DNA of 62,495 nucleotides, counting the filler, from Jimgerdemannia flammicorona (taxonomy: Eukaryota): assembly GCA_003990765.1 (NCBI GenBank). It is 3 parts of 3 records of this genome, joined end to end, with 100 filler letters (N's around TTAATTAATTAA, not from the genome) between each part and the next. Parts side by side here need not be neighbours in the genome. Positions count along the whole stretch, not along the records: positions 20,872 to 41,638 come from RBNJ01001593.1; positions 41,739 to 62,495 come from RBNJ01001594.1; 1 more part is not named here. The stretch is one strand, 5' to 3'. Below the pieces are notes generated by a model. It made no database searches. It saw nothing but the letters and a program-made list of their open reading frames with translations, and was not told the DNA's origin. The translations under genes and the position numbers were made by a program. Positions 36,922 through 49,205 of this stretch are shown in pieces. Positions within the stretch are counted from its first letter, which is position 1; every line of letters begins with the position of its first letter.

Positions 36922-38240
36922 ATGCCCACCATTTGCACCCAGTCTCAAGAGTTATTACCCCAACCAGTTCCCACTCCTATTCATCCGCACATTCCTACCC
37001 TTACTGGACTGTGCACCTTATGCAAAGAGGACTTAGTCACACTCTGTCAAGACTATGACTTATCAGTTGTTGGTCAAAAGATGTACTGGTTGCATGATTG
37101 GACACAAATCATCCTTGGCCAGAACCTGACCTTCCACTAGAGCTTGACATTCATGCTGATGATGCTCTCATTCAATGGCTATTGCCTGCCCTTATCATCC
37201 ATCTTGCTGGTCATCCTCCTCCTCCAGCACTGACCTTGATAGGTCCTGAACAGGCCTTTCTGCCACTATTACCAATATTGCTGATGGGCTTTCCATAGGC
37301 AGTATCTCTTCCAGCAATGGTTCCTCCTCGCCCATTAGTGCCATCCTTTCAGATAGGATCAATAGCACCACTGCCACACACTTTGCCAATTGGTGAGTCA
37401 TTCTCTTCCTTTGTTTCTGATGCCATGCTATGACACAACTGGGTCTCTCCCGATTTGCTGGTATCACTCAAAACAGGTGATTATCAAATTCTAGCCAAGT
37501 GGACTGGCAATGCTCTTATTTTGTACTCAAGCAGGAAAAAGGAATCCATCCTCCCAACTGTGACCTCGATCTCCCACTCTGGCTTGAAGTCAGCTACAAC
37601 ATTCATGGAGCCTTATTAGCACTAAGCACTACTTTGTCAGTAGCTCATACATTATATGTATCTCAAATTCTTACCCATGCCATCTTCATTATCAAAGCCA
37701 TCAATGATAATTATGAATGGACTGCTCTTCAGCACTTCAACTGCCAAGTTCATATGTTAAAAGCAGTATTTTCAGAGCTCGACATAGGCAACCCAGAAGT
37801 GGTTTGGTGCATGTTTGAGACAGTCATTGACCAACTATTATCAGTGCCATTAGCTTATCAACCTGCTTGGTGTGTCTCTCTCCAGCACACAACTTCTCTA
37901 TCTACCAGCGGTTCATCAACATCTCATGCCATTGGTGGCTCTTTCATCCCTTATTCAACGGAAAGCTCAAAACCCTCCCCTGCTCATAATTTTCTATACT
38001 TTCGATGTGGGGTATGAGGGCATGGCACTAGCTCTTGCACCCAAACTCTGCTCCCATGACCTATATTCACTCAAAAACCTGATGACCCTCTCTATTCTGA
38101 TAGTGCTGCTTGTTCAGTCTGCCATCAATTCAACGGCACCTCTGGTTGCTCCAGCAATTGTGGTCGAGTGTATGTTTGTCTTTTCTGCTATAGATCTTAT
38201 ACTGCCTTGGCATGCTCTGCTTACTGCAGCTAATTTGACA
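36922..38240 (+). pseudogene. YR-element ORF1/gag with SAP-like N-terminus and Cys/His fingers
   Basis: LCTLCKEDLVTLCQDYDLSVVGQKDVLVA*L; YFRCGV*GHGTSSC (decayed CCHC); VCHQFNGTSGCSSNCGRVYVCLFC. Confidence 0.7.
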
Positions 38241-38269
38241 ATCCCTCCAACATCTGGTCACCCTACCAT

Positions 38270-39850
38270 TCTATACCAACTCGTAGAATGAAAACAGGCC
38301 CTTTGCTCACATCCCAACCAATCACTCATTCAATATCACTTAACTAGTCTCTATCATGGCTATCTTTATGGCAATCATTCGCATCTTGAGCTTTATATTG
38401 ATTTGATATCTGATAACCTCACATTGGCCTACTGTTATCAAGACGTCCTCTCCACTAACATTTATACTAAATTGATGGCTGGCCACTATCTTGGCCTGTT
38501 CACATCCCTTTCCTCACTGCCTCTTGAATTTCGCCCCTTCTGCAATGCACCCTTGGGTGCTATCCCCAAGAAACATTCCACCAAATTTCAAACAATATAG
38601 CATCTCTCTTTTTCTATTAGTGTATCTATTAATGATGAGATAGATCCTAATGAGTTCTCGATTCAGTACCAGTCGATTTAAGCCATTATCCTTCTGCTGA
38701 TTTCCTTGGGTCCCTCTGCACTTTTCTGGAAAGCTGATGTTGCCAAGGCATTCTGCACTATCCCTGTCCATCATTCTAATTGGGCCATGCAGGACATCTG
38801 TTGGCTTGGTCTTTCTTTCTTGATATGTTCCTTCTATTTGGCCTCTGCTTGGCTCTCTTCATCTTTACCTCTCTTATAGATCTCTTTATGTGGATCTGCA
38901 TTCAGTTGTACCACCTTCCTAATTTGGGACATTTTGTTAATGATTTCATCTTTATGGCATTACTGTCCAGTGCATATTCTGTATATACTCAGTTTAACAC
39001 CATCATGTCTCAATTTGATATTCCACTCCAATCCTCCAAAGATATTCCACCTACTCCCACTATCGAATATATGGGTTTTCTTCTCGATGCTCCTAGGATA
39101 ACAATTAGTCTTCCTGCTGAAAAGTGTACCTGCATACTGGCATTACTGGCTGAGTGACTCTTACCCTTCAGACAGACTCATCCTCATCATCTATGCCTTT
39201 ATTCCCATCATGACACCCAATCTCTCTCAGGCCATCTTATGTATGTTGTCCAGATTCTCTCTGATGGGAAAGTATTCTGTGACTGCATCATTTGCTTTGC
39301 TGCTTCTTGAAAACCACCCTATGCTGGATGGCATTTTCCACCTCCTCAACTTACTACTGATTTATAGTGGTAGCAAGATATCCTTCACTCATAGACAGAT
39401 CATCACCTGCTTTTCCATTCTGACTGGCTCAATTGCAGTCTATTCACAGATGCCTCAGGTACTCTTGGCACTGGTGGCCTATTAGGGCATCACTAGTGGA
39501 GTGTTTGTTAGGCCCCCTCCTTCATAGCTCAGGGTGGTTATGACATATTCTGGAAGGAAATATTTGTCATTTGGGTTCATTGGTGCTTTGGGGCTCTTCA
39601 TTTCATTTACATTGCATCATTCTCTGGTGTGACAGCCAACCCTGTGTTGATTCTTTGGCCAGTGGTCAGACTTGTCATCATTCTCTCATTAATGACCTTC
39701 TTCATCAGATTATTCTCTTATATCTTGACCTGGGTTTCGATATTTAGGCTCAATATATCCCTTCTATATCTAACTCTGCTGACCCATTATCTCATCTCAT
39801 CCTCCTACCCTATTCTCAGGATCCTCTTCCTATATTGGTCATATCACTCT
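38270..39850 (+). pseudogene. DIRS/Ngaro-type RT and RNase H
   Basis: APLGAIPKK, HLSF, SINDEI, WKADVAKAFCTIPV, LLFGL, HFVNDF (YLDDF), IEYMGF, FTDASG, WKE and WCDSQ. Confidence 0.88.
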
Positions 39851-40872
39851 TTGGCTTTGGATTTGACACCTGCCTCTATCAGCATACACACACCCAGATC
39901 AGGAATCTCCGAACTAGCATCAATTCTCTCCTTTACTTCCTCAGCTCCTACAATATTATAGAAGCTGCCACATTCCCTCTTCAAGATGACCTTCTGAGCT
40001 ATTGGGCACTATGGCTTGCTAGTGAAGAAAAACCCTATTCTACCATCAAGAACTATTTTTACAACCTTGTCACCTACTAAGTGGCTCATTGGCATGGCAC
40101 CTCTCTACACCATACATCCCTATCTCTATTTGACGCTATTCTCAAGTTCATCCAGACTCACCCTCTACCATTATCTGGTTCACTTGACCACTGCCCAATT
40201 ACTTGTCAACATCTGTAGTTAATCTATCTCTCTCTTTGCATTGATAACCCCTTTGGCGCTATGATATAGGCTGCAGCATATACTGTATTTTATGGCCTTA
40301 TGCATTTGGGTGAACTAACTACTCAGGATGGCTTTTCTTTTCAACCCTCCTGGCAAGTATGCTGACAACACTTTCAATGATAGTGGGATTCTGCCCTCTT
40401 CTGTCCCTTTTGGTCCTTACATTTACCTCATACAAAAATGGGGGTGGCTGGCGATATTTTTCTCAGCTTCTCTGGTGCCTTTGATTGTCCATGCACCACA
40501 ATCAATTATATGATGCGCATCCTTTCTGCTCAATTGCAGGACCCTGCTTTTTGTCTGGGTCCAGCTCAGCCTCTTCTTTGATCTATATTCATTGGGGTGA
40601 TTCAGTCTCTATTGGCTAGCACTTCATTGGTAGTTGGTATTTATGGCCATTTCTTTCGAATTGGCAGTGCTTCTTTATTGATGATGGTGGGCTATCTCAA
40701 TCATATTATTCAACTTGCCAGCTACTGGAAATTAACTACTTTTCTTCATTATATTTGACAACTCAATCATCTTTTACTGCCAACTGCTGCTACATTGGCT
40801 AGACTTCCTCTACCTGATTATCAGCAGGCTATGGGTTTGGCTAGTGGTGGTCAAATATTACCCACAAAGTGA
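39850..40872 (+). pseudogene. Tyrosine recombinase
   Basis: FYGLMHLGELT (decayed RxGE box), YGHFFRIGSAS (HSFRIG box) and QLASYWKLTTFLHYI (GRW.S...Y box). Confidence 0.88.
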
Positions 40873-40989
40873 GTTATGGCACCCTTAGGAGCCTAACTCA
40901 CTTCCCAGGCCTACAGTATTGACTCCTTTTGCTTTAATGTGAATGGCGGACCCTGGGGAAGGATATGCTTCCATATAAGCCAAACCCAT
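40831..40989 (+). ncRNA. Candidate structured cis-acting RNA at the YR 3' end
   Basis: A 12-bp closing stem, several internal stems and a possible loop-loop pairing, all found by eye (see findings). Confidence 0.5.
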
Positions 40990-41472
40990 CAACTTCAGTT
41001 ACAATTACATTTTTATGTACAATTACTTCTTTTACAGCATACAATTATTCCAGTTTATAGTATATAATTACTTCCAATTTTATGGTCTATGCCTATATTT
41101 TATATACATTTTTATGATTTACATTTGATTAGTCAATTATGCAAAAGATACTTTGATATAGTTATGAATATAGTTCAAACTTCAGCAAAGTGATCGGAGC
41201 TGCTTAACATTCATGCAGATTAGCCACTTAATACTCATGTAGAATAGCTACTTAATATTCATGCATTCATGCAGAATAAGCTGCTAAAACAATTATGTAA
41301 AACATTTATACATTCCCCTGTGCTAGTTTCAATTGGTTCCTTATGCCAAAAGCAACCTAGTTAGTGCCAATTTCAGATAGATGCCATATAGTTCTTTTAT
41401 ACAGTGACTGAGTATTTGTCATATCTCAGCTCTTGCCACTTTTAGCAACTAAGCATATACTATGCCAGTAAT

Positions 41473-41474
<2 letters not shown>

Positions 41475-41512
<38 letters not shown>

Positions 41513-42690
41513 GTCCCTTGGACTCCGTCTTTATTACCAGTCTATGAATAATTATACAATATCACCACCCATTAACCAATCCCCATCTGGGGGCCCCACC
41601 CTACCCCTTCACGTCTAAAGACCTTTCTTTTTTTTACANNNNNNNNNNNNNNNNNNNNNNNNNNNNNNNNNNNNNNNNNNNNTTAATTAATTAANNNNNN
41701 NNNNNNNNNNNNNNNNNNNNNNNNNNNNNNNNNNNNNNAAATAGCCAAAGCCCAACCTAAAGTGAGCCACTCCTTCCCTATCCCCCCTACCAATCTAACC
41801 CTCAGGTCCTCCCATCACCCCTGTACTCCATCACTCCTACCCCATACCTCTAAGTGATCCCCAATTGTCCGCCAAAAATCCCCCAACACCTCACACTCTC
41901 CTAGCCAATGTTCCGGCGTCTGTACATAACCCCCCTCCTGCCCTACATTATGGTACTCCTCACAGTCGAAGCAACCCCCTACAACCAGGTGCCCTGAGTG
42001 AAAATTGAGCATAACATTCCTCCGCAGCATGTGTCACCAGACCACCCAGTACTTTGGTGGCAGCCATGCTCTCACTGCAGCACTCCAGGTCCAAACACTA
42101 TGCCAGTTCTACTCTTCACCAATTCCAACTCCTTGCCAACTGCTAGGCCACAGATCCTGGCCTGGTCCCCTTTGGCATTTCATTCCATCACCAATGTCGA
42201 ACTCAGTTAAAGGAGCACCACCCAGCAGTATACAGTCCCATCTCCACATTGCCAGGTCCCAATTCTCCTCACCTTCATTCCCTTGCCAACGAATACCAAT
42301 GCGGTGCACTCTGTCTGCAATTCCCCACCAAAATCCTTTATATCATAGTTGGGCAGTATTCTGAAGCCCAACCAAGGAGAGGAGATCACCGGTTGAGCCC
42401 CTTGGCGATGTCCGCCTCTCCCATATCTTTTGTAACAGAGGAACCCATCTACCTCCACTCAGCTCCACCGCCCTCTTCAGCCACCATGCTCTCAAGCAGT
42501 GTAACTGTTTTGGGAAGTCAACCAGCCCAAGACTGCCTCTCGCCACTGGTAGGGACAAGGTTTCCCAACTAATCTGACTCCGCCTGCCAGCCCAAATCCA
42601 TCCTTTTGCTGCCTTCATCAATCTCTTCACTACTCAGGCTGGGAAGTCCAGATGATATGCCAGATATCACAACTTTGGCAGCCAGTAGAC
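41475..42690 (-). mobile_element. 5'-truncated LINE (E), spanning a gap
   Basis: Poly(T) at 41475-41509; ORF2 C-terminal fragments GSLGLVDF, RAWWLKRA and TPEHWLGEC. Continuity across the gap is assumed. Confidence 0.85.
41639..41738. other. Assembly gap spacer
   Basis: 44 N + TTAATTAATTAA + 44 N. Confidence 0.97.
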
Positions 42691-42694
42691 ATCA

Positions 42695-43076
42695 ATATAA
42701 TATTTCTCTACAATAAGTACCATTATACTATTCAAAACTTTGAAGAAAGCCATCATTGAATCTCAGCACTCTAAGATCAGACAGCTGCTCAGTTCTACTC
42801 CTTACCAATCTCTACTGTCTGCCAGCCCACTGGCTCTAAATCCTATTCTATCTCTCTTTAATACTCTACTCTAGTATTAATATCAAAGTCTACTAATAAC
42901 AAACTATCTAATAGTAATCTTTCCCATTACTATATTACTGAACTCTAATATATCTCCCCCTTAGTACTATATCAGTACAGTCCAATTCAGTATATACTCT
43001 CTATCACCCTCCACCAGAAGTCTCTATACTATAAGTACCTACTGTCACCCAGTTCAACTAATAACTATAGATCATC
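42695..43076 (-). mobile_element. Highly decayed LINE ORF2 C-terminal fragment
   Basis: Residual similarity to ~24400-24780 (e.g. ccaccagaag, cagtccaatt). Confidence 0.55.
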
Positions 43077-43107
<31 letters not shown>

Positions 43108-45182
43108 TAGTCACTTAGACTTTGCCATTTATTATCCATCTATTATATATAATTACAATATTCTCTCACACTACCCAATATCCCTAGAGAGCTCTCCCCT
43201 TATACTCTCATATTTAAAATCCATTTTATCACTCTCCACACCAACCTTCTCCTCACTCTGCCTATAGATTTTCTCTACCAAATGGTACTACCAATCTCTC
43301 TGCAGACCCCATCCCAGCCACCATCTCATCAAGACATCCTCCAGCAACCCTTTCCACCTCACTAACTGCTCCTCCAAACTCAAATGCTTTCTATTTTTAA
43401 ATACAAATAGCCAGTGATCTGTTAGTCCTACTCATACTGCTAATATTCAACCCAAAGTCAGCCACTCTCTCCCCACCTCCCTTACCAATCTATCTCTCAG
43501 ATCTTTCTATCACCCCCACTCACCATCTTCCCTATGATTATAAATTATCTAAAGAACCTCTAGAAAAAAAACCTTATCTCTTAAACCTATTATATCAGAC
43601 ATCTATATGTTACCAAACAGTTTAACTGTCTGCTTCAACTATTAAGCTCTTAGGCAATATATGTAACTTCTTAGAGAAGTCTACTAGCCTAAGATCCTCT
43701 TAGTTTATTAAAATTGTCAAAATATCTCAACCAATCTGATATCATCATCTAGCTCAAATCTATTTCTTAGCTAACTTCAATAATCTCTTCACTACTTAGA
43801 CTCGAAAGTTCAAATGATATATCAGATACTATAGCTTCAGTAATTAGTAAATATTCAGTATTGATATCCACCTAGTTAGTAAGATATAATACCTCCCTCA
43901 GTCCTAAAGAGATGCTTTCCAATCAGTCATTCTTTACTTCTATCAAACTCTGGGCAAGACAGATCTATATATAGATAAAAAGATGCCCAGATATCTCACC
44001 ACCTCCCCTGCAGAGACAATTGTTCCAATGATGTCCCCACCTATTAGCCCATTCTCCAGCACTATTGTCTCATACTTATGTCAGTTAAGCTTTACCCTAA
44101 AATACTTCTCATACTATTCTACTATCTCTCTCAGTACTCAAACATTAGTTACTGAGCTAAGGCCAATTATCATATTATCAGTGAAGGTCCCAACCTTCCA
44201 TACTATTTCAAAAATAAAAAGTTCAGCCACCTTGTAATGAATCCTATCCATCAATGGTTCTAGTGACAGAGTATATAGAATAGAGACAATTGGTCCCTCT
44301 GAGGAACTTCTCCCCAATGAAAAAGTAATACTATAATGACTATCACATAAAAGTAATACCTAGCTACCCTTTAGTAGACTAATTATTAAAATTCAGAACT
44401 ACTGAGAAATATCAATTCTATCTAGCACCTTCTCTAACTATATCTACTAGATACAATCATAGATCTTCTCCTGATTCAGGAAGACTAACCTCCCATTTAG
44501 CCCACTAGTTCTTACCCCCTCAATTATGCTGTGCACTCAAGCTATTCTATCTTAAATAAGTCAGCCTCCAATAAAGTTCTGCTGATTCTTACCTAGTATC
44601 TGTTGGGCCACCCTCTATAGCTGAACAATAATTACTTTTATAACCAGCTTCCTGTCTATGTCCAGAAATATAATTGATTACCAATTCTTCTAATCCTCTC
44701 ATCTACTCTTTTTTTTATACAGCAGAACTACCAGACCAAGATTCTGCTCTTCAATCTACTTCTCAGATATAAGAACAAAATCACAGAGTACCACTATCTC
44801 TTCAGGTACCTCCAGGATCTCTACTATTTTCTTTCAGAAGTCTCAGGGCAGACCATTCTCATCTAGTATTATATCTAATTTCATAGTAGCCAAGACTCTC
44901 AGAATCTCCTCCTCTTTGATCAGCAGAACTAAATCACTAAGACCATTCATCTATGGGGATTATGTATTAATCTTCTAGAGAGCACTCTATAGCCTCAGCA
45001 TCAGTATCTCCTTTCTTCTCACTCTATAGATCACTCTATCTTCTCTTTAGAGAGTCTAAAATTCACTGAGTACAATATACTAGCATACCCTCTGTATTCA
45101 ATATTCCATCTCACTGCTGTCTCACTCTTCTCATCTAAAGTAATTTTGACAAATACTTAGAAGACTGCTCACCTTTCTCAAG

Positions 45183-45187
<5 letters not shown>

Positions 45188-45233
<46 letters not shown>

Positions 45234-45239
45234 CTTTTT

Positions 45240-45280
<41 letters not shown>

Positions 45281-45363
45281 GTTACTCAGACTCCTTTATT
45301 ATTAAGCAATCTATATAGAAAATATATCATATACTACCCAACTCTGTTCACTATCCAATCTAT
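45188..45363 (-). mobile_element. Extremely 5'-truncated LINE insertion (G): ~85 bp of 3' UTR plus ~90 nt poly(A)
   Basis: TSD cttYctcaagcctct (45173-45187 and 45364-45378). Confidence 0.8.
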
Positions 45364-48326
45364 CTTCCTCAAGCCTCTGTTATTTTAACTGAGCTACTAT
45401 CTCTCTCATATAAATATCCTCTCCCCTCAATACTCTCTATAACTCTACTATGTATCTCCAACTTGACTCACACTAATCTCCAATCTTCTAACATTTCCTG
45501 GCCCAACAGATCAGCCCATTTTACCTATAACTAGACTAACTAGTCAGAAGCCCACCTCACTCTCCTATACTACTCCTTTCCAGTAAACTAATCAGTCTTC
45601 CTCTAATATACTCTAGTAGCTTCCTTCATTCTCACTCAATAGACCTCTATTAGGAGCTCCTCATGGTTCTAATGTACAATCTGCAATCCAATATCCCTAA
45701 CTCAAGTATTCCACAATCTCTTCTCAGTCAGCAAGGAGAAATTGAGATACCAATATTCAGGTCTATCCTCATTTCTCCCAAACTGACTATGTCCTATTAA
45801 TCTCTAATAGTCTGACTATAAGTATCACTCAATCTCCAGATCTTTCCAAACATTCAACCCCCAGCAAACAGCCATTAGCATTTAGTCAATTCTTATTCCA
45901 AGTTCATTTATCCAATAAGTATAGACCTAATAGTCACCCCACAATACTCTGTCAGTATTTACTAAAGAACTGAGCCTTTCTACTTTCTTCCAAAGATCCA
46001 GACCCCCACTGTGATCTCCAGCACTTCTCTTTCAATCTGTTCTATCTAATACTATATCTCTGACTATATTGAAATCTCTCCCAAATACATCAATCTCTAT
46101 CTCAGCCAGTATATTATATTTAAGGAGTCTATCCAACTATATAATTTGATTACCTCATATTACTGGACAGTAATATAAGTTAATAATAATAGTCTCTTAC
46201 TCTGATCTTTACTACTTCCTCCAGACCAATCTGCTACCCCAATCTCCAATATTACAAATTTTATCTTTGCTATACTATATTAGAATTTTAATCTTATTTC
46301 TTCAAATACTATATTACTCTACTCTCTTATTCACTTCTGCTTATCTAAGTCCTCTTCTCACTATATTCTGTAATAAAAAAAGATCTATATCCAGTCTCTT
46401 TAGCAAAGTAAAAATATTCTAATATCTCTCTGAGTTTCTCAGACTATTCATATTCAACAAAAAAATGTTAGTTGTACTATTTATAGAAAAAAATAGTATA
46501 AAAGTCCCAGTTCCTTCAAAGCTCTACACTTATCTCCTTCTAAGCTAAGTTTAGTTTATATTCTGTAATAGTCTCCTCATTCTCAACCCTGTTAGCCTTC
46601 AGTCTAACTAGAAGCTTAGCTAACTTCTTCTCATTCTTCTTCTCTATATTTTCCTTACATACCAGATATACCTCCTATCAAAGCATTAATCTATCTTACT
46701 TCTACTACTAGTAGATAGCCCATTCTCTAGCAGTTATGGTCAATTCTGCCTCTCTTGCAACATCTACTTTATAACCTTTCTCTTCTAGATATACTATCAG
46801 TATCTCAGACTTCAGAGCCTCTATTATACTATCTTCTTATAGAATTCTTTCTCAGTACTTCTTGCTGGTCACTCTCAAGTTTATCTCACCCAACTCCTCT
46901 GCTACTAGATTGTACATCATTGTATATATCTATTGTAAATTACCAATATTCTTCTACTCAGAAGTATTAGGCCACTCCTCACAACATTATAGTATTAGCT
47001 CCAGTACTTGCAGACTTATCCCATATCTCCTCTAGAATATTAACTAACTTATCTATCTTAATACTAATTACTTAACTCTCTTTTATAACATCAGGCACCC
47101 TAAACTGAACTCTGTGATTGCTCTTTATCTCAACATATTTGCCAGTTCTCTGCTTAGAGGTAGCAGTCCTCATTTCATCTATCTTCTCCTCCTCTTATAC
47201 TTTAAGTATACTATTATCATAAAGCTACTGATCTCTCACTTCTTTACTCACTCTCACACTCTCTATTTATCTCTCCATATTACCAGTAGTCCAGGCACTC
47301 TCTAGCACTTCTTTTGAGCTCTCCTCTGATCCAATCACTAGTACTGTCTTTATCTCAACCAATAAGTCTCTCTGTCTCTTTCTCTTCTAAGTCTTCTCTC
47401 ACAGTATCTTATTTATCTGAATATACTTCCCATCTACTATCTCTAAGTAGATTGAAGCTATATCTTTCTCTATATCTCTACTCAATACTTTACTGCTCCA
47501 CTTAAGTTCTTTAGTATCTCTAGCAGATTCTCCTCCTCCTTCTTACTCTCCTTCACTCTTATTATCTTACAAATAAAAGTACCCTACATAATTACTGATA
47601 GCCAGTTCTGAGCCTTCTCAGTAGCCTCCCAGCTAACCTGAGTCTGATATCAACATCTCTAGTCTGGAAAGAGATCTTCTTCCAGATCTGGAATCTAATA
47701 TCTACAATATCACTATACTCTACTATCACCTCTGCTATTCTTTACCTTATCTCTATAGCTATCACTATAGACACTCCTTTTACCAGAAGCTGAACTATTC
47801 TGGAGTCTTATCTCAAACAGTATGTCATTGATACTACTATCTTCTCAATTGATAATCTAGTCTTCAATATCTCCTCTAGTGGCCTTACCTACTCAAAGCC
47901 TACCTCAACTCTCTCCAGCTCCTATAAGAATTTTACTAAAGCTACTCTAGCTACATATCTACTTCAAGATCAGCCCCAGAACTATCTTTATAGTCTCTAG
48001 AAGTACAATGTGACAGTAAACTCTAAGATTAACTTCTTGAGTAATGGTACTACTACCAGTCTCATTATATTATCTATCAGGTTCATTTATTTTTCTTGAC
48101 CCACCTGCTCAGCCCTGCTATCAGCCATTACATCTGGATTTTTTTCTAGATTTTTAGTTATACTACTATTAGTAGTTACTCCTTCATCTCTAGTCATAGT
48201 CTCTTCAGTCTCTATACTCACTCTCTCAGACAGAGGACCTCTCACTCTTCTCTAACCTAGTCTATCCCTACCATTAGCCCTACTAGCTCTAATACTCTCT
48301 GATCAGCCTCTCCTCTTTACCTTATT

Positions 48327-48920
48327 TTTTTTTTATTTTTTTATTTTTTTATTTTTTATTTTTTTATTTTTTATAGTCACTTGGACTCCTTTCTTTATTA
48401 ACACATTGTCTATCCTCTATATAATACACTATGCCCACCCCTATCTGATCCCCCTAGAGAGACTCTCTCCTCTCTCTATCTCCTCTTAATGAAAGACTAC
48501 TTTGTCATTCACCATCACTACCTGCCCACCACTCTGTTCACAGATCCCTTTTACCAGATGGCTATATTGCCTACCTTGGGGACCCCAACCAACCCACTAT
48601 CTGATCAACAGATCTTCCATCAACCCCTCCTATCTCAGCAACTTCTTCTGTATACCCATCTACTGCCTCTCCTCAAAAACAAAGAGCTAATGTCCAGCTA
48701 GCCCTACTTATATAGCTAAAACCCACCCTACAGTGAGCCATCCATTGCCCACCCCACCCACTAACTGAGATTCCAAATTTTTTCAGTGACCTCTCTCTCC
48801 ATCCAGCCTCCTCTCTACACCCAAATGGGCCCCTACTACTATCTAAAAGTCCCTCAGAACCTCATACTCTCTCAGCCAATGTTCTGGCATCTGTATAAAT
48901 CTCCCAACTTACCCTATATT
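48327..48920 (-). mobile_element. 5'-truncated LINE insertion (H)
   Basis: (T7A)n tail, ORF2 C-terminal remnants and TSD tcctctttaYcttatt (48311-48326 and 48921-48936). Confidence 0.82.
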
Positions 48921-49205
48921 TCCTCTTTATCTTATTAGTGAAGCTTATAGACCTCTACTTACCTTCTCTTCCACCAGACACCAGCTATCCTCCAGACTCT
49001 CCCTGACTATTTACTCTACTAAAAGAGCTCATTCTCAGACCATAATCTCTCTCAACATACTGCTACTCAAAGGCCCCAGATCTGTCTAATCCAGTATACC
49101 CATCTGAACTCTTGTTAGTTGACATATTATTATTATCTTATTTCTAAAAACTGTATTAAAAGTATTGTTAGAAGTTTATATAACATAATTAGTACTAGAG
49201 AAAGA

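Larger units (their letters stand above)
36554..41473 (+). mobile_element. Ngaro/DIRS-type tyrosine-recombinase retrotransposon (degenerate)
   Basis: ~318-bp direct repeats (36554-36871 and 41156-41473) flank gag, RT/RH and YR. The right end is cut by a LINE and a gap, so a B2 repeat cannot be seen. Confidence 0.9.
43077..49205 (-). mobile_element. Old near-full-length LINE (F) with an internal deletion and two nested LINE fragments
   Basis: Poly(T) at 43077-43104, decayed RT (43600-45180), endonuclease (~45700-46480), ORF1 (46500-49100) and a 5' motif near 49150-49204. Confidence 0.82.

Noticed and set aside
36554..41473. The 318-bp direct repeats as conventional LTRs
   Set aside because: There are no TG...CA ends, PBS or DDE integrase. 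The interior encodes a DIRS-type RT and a tyrosine recombinase.
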